Shown in pieces: positions 63,300 through 64,000 of a stretch of DNA of 64,000 nt. The notes beneath the pieces are model-generated. The model had not been told where the DNA came from and did not search any database. It saw nothing but the letters and a program-made list of their open reading frames with translations. Within the stretch, counting starts at the first letter, position 1. Every line of letters begins with the position of its first letter. A program made the position numbers and the translations under genes. The DNA is from an uncultured Clostridia bacterium (GTDB taxonomy: Bacteria > UBA6262 > WVXT01): positions 17,292 to 81,291 of the forward strand of contig CAYOFG010000004.1 in NCBI GenBank assembly GCA_964403285.1, written 5' to 3'.

Positions 63300-63937
63300 T
63301 AAAAATACAAAAACTTAGATTTGCGTATCCCGGAGATAAGTTGGTGTTTAATGACCTTGATTTTCTATATGAAAAGGAGCAGAAAATAGGTATTGTTGGG
63401 CCTAACGGTTCGGGCAAGACGACACTTTTTTATCTTATTATGGGTTTATTAAAGCCCCAAGAGGGTGAAATTGAAATCTTTAATAAGGTTCGCCAAACAG
63501 AGAAGGATTTTGAAGATGTGAGAAGAAAAATAGGCTTCCTTTTCCAGAATCCTGACCACCAATTGTTTTGTCCCACCGTGGCCGAGGACATTGCTTTTGG
63601 GCCGCTAAATCTGGGGAAAACACATAAGGAAGCCAGGGAAATAGTTAGTAGAATATCCAAATTGTTAGGTCTGGAAAAATATGTGGATAGGGCATCCTAT
63701 AAACTATCCTGGGGAGAGAAACGGCTTGTCTGCATGGCTACGGTGCTCGCTATGGAGCCGGAGGTTCTTCTCTTGGATGAACCCACCGCGGGATTGGATG
63801 AACGTTCCACTCACAAGGTGCTCAACTATCTCAAACAGGATGGTCCCTCTTTCATAATCGCTTCCCATGATATGAATTTCTTGAAAACGCTTACCGATAA
63901 AATTTACCTCCTAAACGATGGAAAAATTCTCTATTGA
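63296..63937 (+). CDS. cbiO: ECF ATPase (probable start 63296, ATGA overlap)
   Basis: GPNGSGKT, FQNPDHQL, LSWGEKR and LDEPT motifs. Confidence 0.92.
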   Translation: MIKIQKLRFAYPGDKLVFNDLDFLYEKEQKIGIVGPNGSGKTTLFYLIMGLLKPQEGEIEIFNKVRQTEKDFEDVRRKIGFLFQNPDHQLFCPTVAEDIAFGPLNLGKTHKEAREIVSRISKLLGLEKYVDRASYKLSWGEKRLVCMATVLAMEPEVLLLDEPTAGLDERSTHKVLNYLKQDGPSFIIASHDMNFLKTLTDKIYLLNDGKILY

Positions 63938-63971
63938 GAAAAAGTAGCCTGTCCCCTTTTCCTTTTTTTAC

Positions 63972-64000
63972 TTGATATTTTAATCATTTTTTATTATCAT
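63972..64000 (+). promoter_or_regulatory. Possible sigma70 promoter for the next gene
   Basis: TTGATA-17 bp-TATCAT at the window edge. Confidence 0.45.

Noticed and set aside
164-63660. Numerous minus-strand and alternate-frame ORFs in the track
   Set aside because: They are shadows of well-supported + strand genes, with no recognisable motifs or SD sites.
1-64000. CRISPR array, rRNA, tRNA, prophage or transposase
   Set aside because: No regularly spaced repeats with unique spacers, no RNA gene signatures and no matching ORFs were seen; the repeats are dispersed palindromes.

Overview
A bacterial chromosomal segment with about 71 genes, all on the + strand. I saw no rRNA, tRNA, CRISPR array or transposase. 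The left 15 kb is housekeeping: a 5'-truncated coiled-coil gene, flbD-motA-motB, a 58-aa membrane protein missing from the ORF track, rplM-rpsI, sppA, argC-argJ, tsaC-ywlE-glyA-tagO-wecB. From 15.0 to 64 kb is one anaerobic C1/energy island. (i) A Rex-boxed Wood-Ljungdahl methyl branch in which a stand-alone lipoyl domain, lpdA, lipB and lipA are interleaved with metV and metF, followed by fchA, a FolD lacking cyclohydrolase residues, yjbQ, an Hps-RraA fusion, a core (MesB-like) methionine synthase and pabB/pabC. (ii) The carbonyl branch cooC-cooS-cooF-FNOR-acsB-ACT-acsC-acsV-acsF-acsD-acsE, a formate channel and rex. (iii) A Rex-boxed group 4 [NiFe]-hydrogenase/Mrp-type operon headed by AsrA/AsrB-like NAD(P)-linked subunits. 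(iv) nikR, a porin and a Ni/Co ECF transporter. Intergenic spaces hold at least six families of palindromic repeats and MITE-like elements, some nested with 4-bp target duplications. A tandem two-hairpin motif with covarying stems lies between acsB and the ACT gene. The strongest candidates for novelty are the lipoyl-MetVF module, the NAD(P)-linked energy-converting hydrogenase and the tandem motif. The porin suggests a diderm; the taxon cannot be determined from this window. All product calls rest on motif recognition by eye; no database search was run.
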